From Vulcanimicrobiota bacterium (lineage in GTDB: Bacteria > Vulcanimicrobiota > Vulcanimicrobiia > Vulcanimicrobiales > Vulcanimicrobiaceae), in contig CAVZQC010000002.1 in NCBI GenBank assembly GCA_963777315.1, forward strand, positions 544,001 through 608,000: a DNA stretch of 64,000 nt, in the 5' to 3' direction. This document shows, piece by piece, positions 37,854 to 46,198 of the stretch. The notes under the pieces were generated by a model that was not told the origin of the DNA, did no database searches, and saw only the letters and a list, made by a program, of their open reading frames with translations. Position numbers and translations under genes: made by a program. Numbering within the stretch: the first letter of the stretch is position 1; every line of letters begins with the position of its first letter.

Positions 37854-38853
37854 TGCGAACGTTCTCAACGGCGTGGGCGCAATGCACTTGTCCGCATTGG
37901 ACGATCCCAAAACCATCAAGCAGGTTCCTACGCGCAATGGCTTCGGCGAAGGGCTCATCGAAGCCGGGAAGCGCAACGCCAACGTCATCGGAATCTGCGC
38001 GGACCTTTCCGAGTCGACGCGCATGCTGGGCTTCAGGGATGCGTTTCCCACCCGGTACATCGAGATCGGCGTTTCGGAACAGCTGCTGGTGGCGATGGCC
38101 GGCGGTTTGGCGGCGATGGGGAAAATTCCATGGATCGCCAGCTACGCGATGTTCAATCCCGGCCGATCGTGGGAGCAAGTGCGTACGATCATGGCGCTCA
38201 ACGAAACCAACGTGAAGATCGCCGGCGCGCACGCGGGCGTCTCCGTCGGTCCCGACGGCGCCACGCATCAGGCGATCGAAGACATAGCCATCATGCGCGT
38301 CCTGCCGCACATGACCGTCGTGGTTCCGTGCGATTCCACCCAAACGAAAAAAGCGACCCTGGCGCTGAGCGAGATGGATGGGCCCGCGTACCTGCGGTTC
38401 GCGCGCGAGAAATCGCCCGTCATCACGACCGAGGACACTCCGTTCGAGATCGGCAAAGCGCAAACGTTCCGCGAGGGCGGCGACGTGGCGATCGTCGCCT
38501 GCGGCATACTGCTGTACAACGCGCTCATCGCCGCGCGCGAACTGGCCAAAGCCGGCATCGAGTGCATGGTCGTCAACAATCACACGATCAAGCCGATGGG
38601 CGAGCCGGCGATCGTGCAAGCCGCGCAGCGCTGCGGCGCCGTGGTGACGGTCGAAGAGCATCAGGTGCACGGCGGCATGGGTTCGCGCGTGGCCGAGATA
38701 CTCGCGCAGCGCCATCCGGTGCCCATCGAGTTCGTCGGCGTGAACGATCGGTTCGGCCAATCCGGCGATCCGGCCGAACTGATCGAGTACTACGGCATGG
38801 GAAGCAGCGCGATCGCGGCCGCGGTGCGGCGCGCGCTAAAGCGCAAGAGCTAA
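37846..38853 (+). CDS. Transketolase C-terminal subunit
   Basis: ADLSEST, IGVSEQ, GPDGATHQAIED, TIKP, VTVEEH. Confidence 0.94.
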   Translation: MANANVLNGVGAMHLSALDDPKTIKQVPTRNGFGEGLIEAGKRNANVIGICADLSESTRMLGFRDAFPTRYIEIGVSEQLLVAMAGGLAAMGKIPWIASYAMFNPGRSWEQVRTIMALNETNVKIAGAHAGVSVGPDGATHQAIEDIAIMRVLPHMTVVVPCDSTQTKKATLALSEMDGPAYLRFAREKSPVITTEDTPFEIGKAQTFREGGDVAIVACGILLYNALIAARELAKAGIECMVVNNHTIKPMGEPAIVQAAQRCGAVVTVEEHQVHGGMGSRVAEILAQRHPVPIEFVGVNDRFGQSGDPAELIEYYGMGSSAIAAAVRRALKRKS

Positions 38854-39143
38854 ACCGGAACCGCGACGCGTAGGTTGGCGCTCTCGATGAGCGCCAAATC
38901 GGCGAATTCCGCCACCAAATGCGCGACCTCGCCGGCAACGCCGTCCTGGGCGGTGCGGCTCTGCAGCGCGAGCCTTTGGGCGATCTGCGCGCAGGAACGC
39001 GTTCCGTCGCAGTGCTCGAGTACGGCTGCGGCGCGATGGTTCAAGATATGCACGTAATCGCGCTGCTTGTCGTGCACGATGACCTTGTGCGGCAGCTTGA
39101 TGATTTCCAGACTGCGTTGACGGCGGGGAAGCGAGAGGACCAT
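38850..39143 (-). CDS. PqqD family / RiPP recognition element protein
   Basis: VHILNHRAAAVLEHCDGTRSCAQIAQRL...EVAHLVAEFADLALI pattern; AGGAG RBS. Confidence 0.8.
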   Translation of the reverse strand: MVLSLPRRQRSLEIIKLPHKVIVHDKQRDYVHILNHRAAAVLEHCDGTRSCAQIAQRLALQSRTAQDGVAGEVAHLVAEFADLALIESANLRVAVPV

Positions 39144-39247
39144 GTTCCGGCTCCTATGGCGGCGGCTCTGCTCCTATACTAGCGAGCAGCCCCCCATTTG
39201 GTATAGGGACTGATGGCCCGGTTGGTTAGGAGGCCGGCAGGCTTACA

Positions 39248-39517
39248 TCAGCGGCGCAGGCCCAAGTCCGCGATCAATTTGCGATACCGCTCCAGGTCTT
39301 TGTTCTGAAGGTAGCTGAGCAGACGGCGGCGCTGCCCGACCTGCAGCAGCAGGCCGCGGCGGCTGTGGTGGTCCTTCTTGTGCACCTTCAAGTGCTCGGT
39401 GAGCTGGTTGATCGAAGCGGTGAGGATGGCGATCTGCACGTCGGCGGAGCCGGTGTCGCCGGCGGAGCGGCCATATTTGGCGGCCAGCTCGGCCTTGTGT
39501 TCTTTGCTCAGGGGCAC
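39248..39517 (-). CDS. rpsO: 30S ribosomal protein S15
   Basis: [30 protein letters not shown]. Confidence 0.98.
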   Translation of the reverse strand: MPLSKEHKAELAAKYGRSAGDTGSADVQIAILTASINQLTEHLKVHKKDHHSRRGLLLQVGQRRRLLSYLQNKDLERYRKLIADLGLRR

Positions 39518-39598
39518 TTGGTGGTCTCCTCGTTCAAGGATGGGCTCGCTGCGGATGCAGGCACTGGTGTCCGCTCCGGCGACCGGGGAATCATACCA
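39518..39598 (-). promoter_or_regulatory. rpsO promoter and structured 5' leader
   Basis: Extended -10 TGgTATGAT (39590-39598); nested stems TCGC/GCGA and GCGGA/TCCGC ahead of the GAGGAG RBS. Confidence 0.45.
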
Positions 39599-39633
39599 AG
39601 GCGGGTCGCGGGACGCAACCGTATCTCCACTGG

Positions 39634-41226
39634 ATGCTCGCTTGCCGTTTGCGCCCGCTGCTCGCCCTAGTCGTCCTGGTGCTCTCCGCCTGCGGGCGCG
39701 GCGGCGCGCACTGGCGGCCGGCGCGCCAGACGTTCGTTTTCACCGGGCTTGCGGGCGAGCCGGATTCGCTCAACCCGCTGCTCTCCGCGTCGGCGGATCT
39801 GTATGAGTTCAGCCACTTGTACATGTCGTATCTGGTCGAGAGCAACGATCGCGGCGAACTGATCCCGGAAATCGCAACGCAGGTGCCCACGCGCGAGAAC
39901 GGCGGCATCTCCGCGGACCAACGCACGATCGTCTATCACCTGCGCGCGAACGTACGCTGGCAGGATGGAGCGCCGCTCACGGCGCGAGACGTCGTCTTTT
40001 CGTATCATGCGGTAATGAACCCGGCAAACGACGTGGTCACGCGCGTCGGATACGATCGCGTCGCCGGCATCAGCGCTCCCGACGACCGCACGGTGATCGT
40101 GCGTCTGAAGGCACCGTTTTCGCCGTTCACCGCGTACTTTTTCGGACCGCAAGGCAGTCCCGGCGTGCTGCTCCCCGCGCACCTGCTCGCCCGCTACCCG
40201 AATCTCAACCGCGTTGCGTACAACGCGCTGCCGGTGGGATCGGGACCGTTTCGCGTGGTTTCCTGGCAGCACGGCGACCGCGTCGTGCTGCAAAGCAATC
40301 CGCTGTACTGGCGCGGAGCACCGGCGATACAAAAGATCGTCTACCGGATCATTCCAGATCCGAACACGCGCTTGGAACAGCTGCGTACCGGTGAGACGGA
40401 TGCGTATCTCGACGTCGACCCGCAGCTGCTGCCGCAGGTGCGATCGATCCCGCGCGTGCACGTCTATCTGACGCCGATTGCCGATATCCACGTGCTGCGC
40501 TTCAATTTGCGCGATCCTGCACTCCAGGACGTGCGCGTTCGGCGCGCGATAGCGCAGGCAATCGATCGCAAACAACTGCTCGCCGCCGCCACGCATGGCT
40601 CGGGTATTATCGTCAACGGCGATCAACCGACGTCCGGTTGGGCGTACAATCCCAAAACGCCCGCAATTCCATACGATCCGGCAGCTGCGCGCCGCCTTCT
40701 GCGAAAGGCGCATCCCGGGCCGGTCGAACTTACCCTGGTCATTTCGCCGGCAGGCAACAACGGCTCCACGCTGGTTGCCACCGTGCTGCAGCGCGATCTT
40801 CAACAGATCGGCGTCGCCGTCACGATCAAGACCTTTCCACCGGGTGCGTTTTGGGGCCCATCGACGGCCGGCGGCATTCTGTCGTCCGGAAAGTATCAGC
40901 TCGCATACGATGCGTGGTGGGTCCTGGGGCCGGACCCGGACGACACGTTCAACCTCGCATGCGATCAGCGGCCGCCGCAGGGCGTCAACTACGATTACTG
41001 GTGCGACCCCGCGGCCGACTCGGCGATGCACGATGCGCTGCGTACGATCGATCGATCGGTGCGCAAGCGCGACTACGCGATCGTGCAGAGGCGGCGCGCG
41101 AAAGAGTTGCCGGAGTTCACGCTCTGGCAAGTGCGGATGCCGGACGCCCTTGCCGACGGCATAACGGGCGTTGCGCCATCCGTCGCCGGGTCGATCTTCT
41201 GGAACGCCTGGAGTTGGAAGCTATGA
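39634..41226 (+). CDS. Peptide/nickel ABC substrate-binding lipoprotein (family 5)
   Basis: LSAC lipobox, [40 protein letters not shown]. Confidence 0.92.
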   Translation: MLACRLRPLLALVVLVLSACGRGGAHWRPARQTFVFTGLAGEPDSLNPLLSASADLYEFSHLYMSYLVESNDRGELIPEIATQVPTRENGGISADQRTIVYHLRANVRWQDGAPLTARDVVFSYHAVMNPANDVVTRVGYDRVAGISAPDDRTVIVRLKAPFSPFTAYFFGPQGSPGVLLPAHLLARYPNLNRVAYNALPVGSGPFRVVSWQHGDRVVLQSNPLYWRGAPAIQKIVYRIIPDPNTRLEQLRTGETDAYLDVDPQLLPQVRSIPRVHVYLTPIADIHVLRFNLRDPALQDVRVRRAIAQAIDRKQLLAAATHGSGIIVNGDQPTSGWAYNPKTPAIPYDPAAARRLLRKAHPGPVELTLVISPAGNNGSTLVATVLQRDLQQIGVAVTIKTFPPGAFWGPSTAGGILSSGKYQLAYDAWWVLGPDPDDTFNLACDQRPPQGVNYDYWCDPAADSAMHDALRTIDRSVRKRDYAIVQRRRAKELPEFTLWQVRMPDALADGITGVAPSVAGSIFWNAWSWKL

Positions 41227-41604
41227 TGACTTGACGGGAGTCGGGCGGCCGTCGCGGTCGACGGCGACCAGCACGAATTTTCCGACGGTCGAAAGCGTAC
41301 GTTTGCCGGTGACGGGCACTTCTCCCCAGAGTTCGACTTGAACGGCGATCGACGTGCGCCCGATTGCGACGACGCGCGCTATCGTTTCCGCGAAATCGCC
41401 TTCGCGGATGGGCGCCTTGAAGTCGACGCGATCGATCGAAGCCGTTACGACGGGCTTGTGCGCCGCGCGCATCGCGGCTATCGAAGCAACGACGTCCATC
41501 ATGGCGACGGCTTTGCCTCCGAAGAGCGTGCCGTAATGGTTGACGTCGGTAGGAAACACGATTTCGGTTCGCCGTTCGACGATCCGTTCGGGTTCTTGGC
41601 TCAT
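41221..41604 (-). CDS. Acyl-CoA thioesterase (hotdog fold)
   Basis: VFPTDVNHYGTLFGG, VVTASID, GRTSI, VAVD. Confidence 0.92.
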   Translation of the reverse strand: MSQEPERIVERRTEIVFPTDVNHYGTLFGGKAVAMMDVVASIAAMRAAHKPVVTASIDRVDFKAPIREGDFAETIARVVAIGRTSIAVQVELWGEVPVTGKRTLSTVGKFVLVAVDRDGRPTPVKSS

Positions 41605-41643
41605 CCCGGCGGTGATTCAACCGCGCAGCGCGAAGTTCCGCGC

Positions 41644-42414
41644 GTGGATTTAGGTATACGCAACCGAGTGGCGCTCGTAACCGGATCGAGTTCGGGGCTT
41701 GGCAAAGCGTGCGCGCTCGCGCTCGCCGCCGAGGGCGCGAATCTCGCCGTCGCCGCACGGCGCCGCGAAGAGCTGGAGCGTGTCGCCGAGCAAGCCCGGC
41801 AATGCGGCGCTCCGCGAGCGCAGGCATTTAGCGTCGATCTTTCCCGGAGCGAATCGATCGCCGAGCTGATCGACCGCGTGCGCGCAACGTTCGGAAGCAT
41901 CCACATCTGCATCGCCAACGGCGGCGGTCCGCCGGCCGGGACGTTCACCCAAATGCCGTTCGGCCGCTGGGACGATGCATACCGCAGTTTGCTGCGCTCG
42001 ATCGTGCAGCTCGTTCAAGGCGTGTTGCCCGGCATGCGGGACAAACGCTGGGGTCGCATCGTCGCGCTTACGTCGACGTCCGTGAAACAACCCATCGACA
42101 CGCTGGTGCTTTCCAACGCATTTCGGACTGCACTGGTCTCCGCGCTCAAAACGCTGTCGAACGAAGTCGCGCGCGACGGCATCACCGTCAACGCCATCGC
42201 CACCGGACGGATTGAAACCGATCGCCTGCGTTCGCTCTACGGCGACGATCGCGCCGAGCTCGAGCGCGCCGGCAGCGAGGTGCCACTCGGGCGCATCGCG
42301 CAGCCGGCCGAATTTGCCGGCCTCGTCGCGTTTCTGTGTGGTGAGCCGGCGCGGTACATCACCGGACAGACGATAGCGATCGACGGCGGTCTGGTCGCCG
42401 GATTGTTCGGGTGA
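41644..42414 (+). CDS. SDR family oxidoreductase (FabG-like)
   Basis: DLGIRNRVALVTGSSSGLG, NGGGPP, LSNAFR, ITGQTIAIDGG. Confidence 0.9.
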   Translation: MDLGIRNRVALVTGSSSGLGKACALALAAEGANLAVAARRREELERVAEQARQCGAPRAQAFSVDLSRSESIAELIDRVRATFGSIHICIANGGGPPAGTFTQMPFGRWDDAYRSLLRSIVQLVQGVLPGMRDKRWGRIVALTSTSVKQPIDTLVLSNAFRTALVSALKTLSNEVARDGITVNAIATGRIETDRLRSLYGDDRAELERAGSEVPLGRIAQPAEFAGLVAFLCGEPARYITGQTIAIDGGLVAGLFG

Positions 42415-42756
42415 TCGAAACCGATGCACCCGAAGGTTTCATGCGCGTTCGCGGCGCCGGTACGCTGCCTTTTCGCGGTGCGCGCAGTTTTCGCGTGGGC
42501 CGATACGAGGTTGCGGTGTTCGCCGTGAACGGCGAACTGCACGCGCTGGAAAACAGTCTGCCCGCACCAAGGTGGTCCGCTCGCCGACGGCTGGCTCGAA
42601 GGTTCGCTGATCACGTGCCCCTGGCACGGCTGGTGCTTCGACGTGCGCACCGGGCGCATGACGTTGGGCGACTTCGCGCGGGTCGCGCGTTTTATCGTGC
42701 TGCGCGACGGGCGCGATCTGCTCATCAGCACGGACCCCGTGGAGGAGTCGACATGA
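42411..42756 (+). pseudogene. Rieske [2Fe-2S] ferredoxin, one extra base near 42555, possibly an assembly error
   Basis: ELHALEN then, in the shifted frame, CPHQGGPLADG...ITCPWHGWCFDVRTG...EEST-stop at 42756. Confidence 0.85.
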
Positions 42757-43259
42757 ACGCCGGTACCTCGGCTTGGGACGGAACGCTCGGCAGCGCCGGC
42801 GGAGCGGCGTTCGGCGCGGCGCTGCAGACGCTGGCGCGCGAGCGTGAGATCGGCGATGCCGCCCTAGCGCAATCCTGTGGATTTTCCACGGCCGAGCTGG
42901 GCGAAGTTTACGCCGGAAAGCGGCGCCTGGGCGTGAGCGCTCTGGCGCGAATGGCGCAGACCTTGCGCGCGCGTCCGATCGAGTTCATGCAGCGCTGCGG
43001 AATGCTTTCGCTGGAAGTGTATGCGTTCGGTTTGGACCCGCTGTACTTTTTGCCCGATGGACCGATCCGGTACGAAGCCCGCATCTACATGCGCGAAATC
43101 AATCCGCGCCATCAGGTTCCCGAAGCGGACATGACCAAGCGCAACCCGGCCATCAAGGCGATCATGGACGACTCCCTGCTCGACGCGCTCGGCAAAATCG
43201 AGTTGGAACTGGCTTACTTGCTCCGCACCGCCGTCCAGCGAACGGGCGGAACGCTCTAG
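42753..43259 (+). CDS. XRE-like helix-turn-helix protein with uncharacterised C-terminal domain
   Basis: GGAGGAG RBS and ATGA overlap; FGAALQTLARER...LAQSCGFSTAELGEVYAGKRR...ARMAQTL. Confidence 0.6.
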   Translation: MNAGTSAWDGTLGSAGGAAFGAALQTLAREREIGDAALAQSCGFSTAELGEVYAGKRRLGVSALARMAQTLRARPIEFMQRCGMLSLEVYAFGLDPLYFLPDGPIRYEARIYMREINPRHQVPEADMTKRNPAIKAIMDDSLLDALGKIELELAYLLRTAVQRTGGTL

Positions 43260-43320
43260 TTTCTGCCCCGCGGCAAGAGCCGCGAGGGAGGGACAGATTC
43301 ATGGGGAGAATGCGACGCGC

Positions 43321-43884
43321 ATGCAATCAGTCGAAGGAAAACGCATCGCCGCGCTCGTCGGCGACGGGTTCGAGGAATTAGAACTGACCGAGCCGCGCCG
43401 CGCGCTCGAGGACGCCGGCGCGATCGTCACGATCGTCGGAATCGACGAAAAGTCGCGCCAAAAGATTCGCGGCAAACGCGGGCTCGATGACGGCGCGAGC
43501 GCCCGCGCCGAAGAGCTGGTGGCCGACTGCACCGCCGAGGATTTCGATGCGCTGCTCGTTCCGGGCGGCACGTCGCCCGATCGCATCCGCACCAATAAAG
43601 AGGTCCAACGCCTCGTGCGCGAGTTCGATGCCGCGAAAAAGCCGATGTTCGTGATTTGCCACGGCCCGCAGGTGCTAATTTCCGCCCAGGTGGTTCGCGG
43701 ACGCCAGCTCACCGGCGCGCACGCGATCGCCGACGATATCCGCAACGCCGGAGGCTTGTATCGGGATCAGCCCGTCGTGCAGGACAGCAATTGGGTCAGT
43801 TCGCGCAATCCCGACGACTTGCCGCACTTCAATAGAGCGGTTCTGGAGAAACTGGCGGCGGCGGTGCCGGCGCCCACGGCGTAA
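43321..43884 (+). CDS. DJ-1/PfpI family protein
   Basis: DGFEELEL, DALLVPGG, ICHGPQ, SSRNPDDL. Confidence 0.93.
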   Translation: MQSVEGKRIAALVGDGFEELELTEPRRALEDAGAIVTIVGIDEKSRQKIRGKRGLDDGASARAEELVADCTAEDFDALLVPGGTSPDRIRTNKEVQRLVREFDAAKKPMFVICHGPQVLISAQVVRGRQLTGAHAIADDIRNAGGLYRDQPVVQDSNWVSSRNPDDLPHFNRAVLEKLAAAVPAPTA

Positions 43885-44467
43885 CCGGATCGTATCGCGC
43901 GAGAGCTTCCCCGTACTGGCGAAGCGCTACGAATCCGCACGCCGCGCACAGCAGCGGCGGCAGCGCGGGCCATTGCATCAAAGCAAACGCCGTCGCCGAG
44001 ACGGCGCATGCGAGAACCACGTAGACCAGTCGTGAAGCGCCGGTGCGCACCGTAGCGCTCATTGCGACCAGCGTTGCGGCATACGAAGCGTACGCGCACA
44101 GCGCAATCGCCGCTCCATCCGCCCGTGCGTAGAAAAGCGCCACGGCCCAGTAGGCGGCCTGCGCGGCGGTCGCGATGACGCATGGAACCAACGCCGTCGC
44201 GCGAGCCAGTTCGCGTCCGTACAGCGGGGCGCTCTGCTCGCACAGCTCGAGCTCGCGACAGCGGCCCGCGCCGCGCTGCAGAAGCGAAACGACGATGCCG
44301 GTAAGCGTCGAGAACACCAGGCAGCCTGCAGTGCGCGCAGCGGCGTCATCGTAGCGCTGAAGGTACGCCAGCAGCGCGCACGCGCAAGCGGCCAGCAACG
44401 TGATTCGGCTTTCGCTGCGCAGCCGCGCCGTAACGATGGCAACCGTAGCAGCTCCGCGCATCAGCAT
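43829..44467 (-). CDS. Hypothetical polytopic membrane protein (permease-like)
   Basis: Several hydrophobic segments; ELCEQSAPLYGRELARA loop; overlaps the end of the ABC-like gene. Confidence 0.6.
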   Translation of the reverse strand: MLMRGAATVAIVTARLRSESRITLLAACACALLAYLQRYDDAAARTAGCLVFSTLTGIVVSLLQRGAGRCRELELCEQSAPLYGRELARATALVPCVIATAAQAAYWAVALFYARADGAAIALCAYASYAATLVAMSATVRTGASRLVYVVLACAVSATAFALMQWPALPPLLCAACGFVALRQYGEALARYDPVTPWAPAPPPPVSPEPLY

Positions 44468-45024
44468 CCGACCCGCGCGCGCCGGCTGAAACGCTGCGTT
44501 TCGCGCTCGGACACGTGCGTCGAAAATACGGCGCAGCCGTTCGCGCACTCGAGAATTTGTCCGGCGTAAGCCGCCTGAGGCCGATCGAGCACGAGCAGAC
44601 GCGGCTGCGCGAGCAGCGCGCCTACGAGCGGATAGGCGAAGGCTTCGTGAACGCCGTCGAGGCGCTCGAGCAACCGGCGCGCGCGCACAACGGTTTGCGC
44701 ACGCGGCAATCCCCACAGCGCGGCCCGGTATTCCACGTATTGCCCGAACGAAGAAAATTCGTGCGGCACGGCTTCGTGCGGAACGTACGCCGCAAGCCGC
44801 TTGACCTGCACCGGCTGTATGCGCGGATCGAAAGCGCCGATGAACACGCTGCCCGCGTTGGCTCGAACGATCCCGGCCGCCATCAGCGCAAGCACCGCGG
44901 CGCTGCGTTCGCTCGCGCAGGCGTAGGCGAGCGTTTCCGCTTCGTCGAGTGAAAGCGTGACCGGCGCGACGGTGAAGCACCCGCGTTCGACGAATGCCGC
45001 TGCGCGCAGTTCCAGCAGCGCCAT
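44461..45024 (-). CDS. Degenerate ABC ATPase-like protein
   Basis: TAATG coupling to the upstream gene; ABC-like AGIVRANAGSVFI, AYVPHE, PRLLVLDRP, VFSTH but no Walker A or LSGGQ. Confidence 0.6.
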   Translation of the reverse strand: MALLELRAAAFVERGCFTVAPVTLSLDEAETLAYACASERSAAVLALMAAGIVRANAGSVFIGAFDPRIQPVQVKRLAAYVPHEAVPHEFSSFGQYVEYRAALWGLPRAQTVVRARRLLERLDGVHEAFAYPLVGALLAQPRLLVLDRPQAAYAGQILECANGCAVFSTHVSERETQRFSRRARVGC

Positions 45025-46106
45025 TAATAGTCCGGATCGACGAGCTGCAGCGCGGGGTTGGGACGTTCGGGCCGTCCGGCTTTGTGACACTCTCGCCACC
45101 GGCCGTCGACGTTGATCGCAACGATGTCGGCCGTAAAGTCGAACTCTCCCGACCGGTCGAAGAACGCGCTTCCGACGGCGTAGGCGTCGACCGGGACGCC
45201 GTCGCGCTCGAATTCGCGAATTTTCCCCGGATTGAAGCCGCCGCTCACTACGATTCGCACGTGCGCAAAGCCGTGGGCATCCAACGCCGTGCGCACGTTG
45301 AACACCAGCTGCGGAATGACGCCCGTCGGTTTGAACGTGCCCATCATGTTCCAGATCGAACGGTCCACCAGCGTACCCGACGTGTCCAAACGCACGCCCC
45401 ACAGCCGTTTGCCCAGCGCGCGCGCCACCGCCAAACTCGTTGCGACGCAATCGTTGTCGAAATCGACCAGCGCGATGACGTTGACTTCCGCATCGGTATA
45501 TTCGGCGAATTTTTGCGTCGCGAGCACGGTATCGCCGCCGTATGCCGCAATGAGCGCGTGCGGGACGGTTCCCATTCCGCGCGCTCCCCACCATTCCGCA
45601 TTCGCGTCGGTGGAGACGCCCAACGCTCCGGAGATGTAGGCTGCATACCCGTCGCCCGTCTGCAGCAAATGATGATCGAAGCGCGCCGGAAAGAACAGCA
45701 CTTGCTTTCCACCGGCTGCGTCGACGATGGCGCGCGCATTGGTGGCAATGCGGGTGCGGCGCGAAAGTACGCCCAGGTACGGCGTTTCCAAGTGGGCGAA
45801 CGCGGCATAATCGCCCTCTATCGTCAAAGCCGTTTCGTACGGTCGGATGCGGTCGCCGTCGAAGAGCGCGCGTACCGCCAGCGCGCTCCAGTTTCCCGAA
45901 CACAGCCGCAGAATGGCGAGCGCTTCGTCCATGCCGCACAGCACGGCATCGTTGCGCTGAAAGACCTGCATCCGCACGATCGGATGGCAGCCGTCGCTTT
46001 CCAAAATTTGGCGCGCACGGTTGAAGTAGGTGTCGGAGTAATATCCCTCCCGCATTTTTTCCACGGGCAGATTGAATATCTGCGGGCGAAGTCTGGACTT
46101 GGACAC
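45024..46106 (-). CDS. Nicotinate/quinolinate phosphoribosyltransferase family protein
   Basis: YSDTYF, GTVPHALI, LVDFDND, GVRLDTSG, IVVSGGF. Confidence 0.85.
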   Translation of the reverse strand: MSKSRLRPQIFNLPVEKMREGYYSDTYFNRARQILESDGCHPIVRMQVFQRNDAVLCGMDEALAILRLCSGNWSALAVRALFDGDRIRPYETALTIEGDYAAFAHLETPYLGVLSRRTRIATNARAIVDAAGGKQVLFFPARFDHHLLQTGDGYAAYISGALGVSTDANAEWWGARGMGTVPHALIAAYGGDTVLATQKFAEYTDAEVNVIALVDFDNDCVATSLAVARALGKRLWGVRLDTSGTLVDRSIWNMMGTFKPTGVIPQLVFNVRTALDAHGFAHVRIVVSGGFNPGKIREFERDGVPVDAYAVGSAFFDRSGEFDFTADIVAINVDGRWRECHKAGRPERPNPALQLVDPDY

Positions 46107-46198
46107 GCTGGGCTACTAATAGCACGCCCGCACGGGCGGCGCCTTGTCGTTGCCGGCCCGTTGAGGACCGTTTGCGCACGGCCGCGAAGCGTACCGGC

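Noticed and set aside
42411..43259. Apparent 282-aa Rieske-N/HTH fusion in the ORF track
   Set aside because: Artefact of a one-base insertion; the Rieske motifs continue in another frame and the HTH gene has its own RBS and ATG at 42753.
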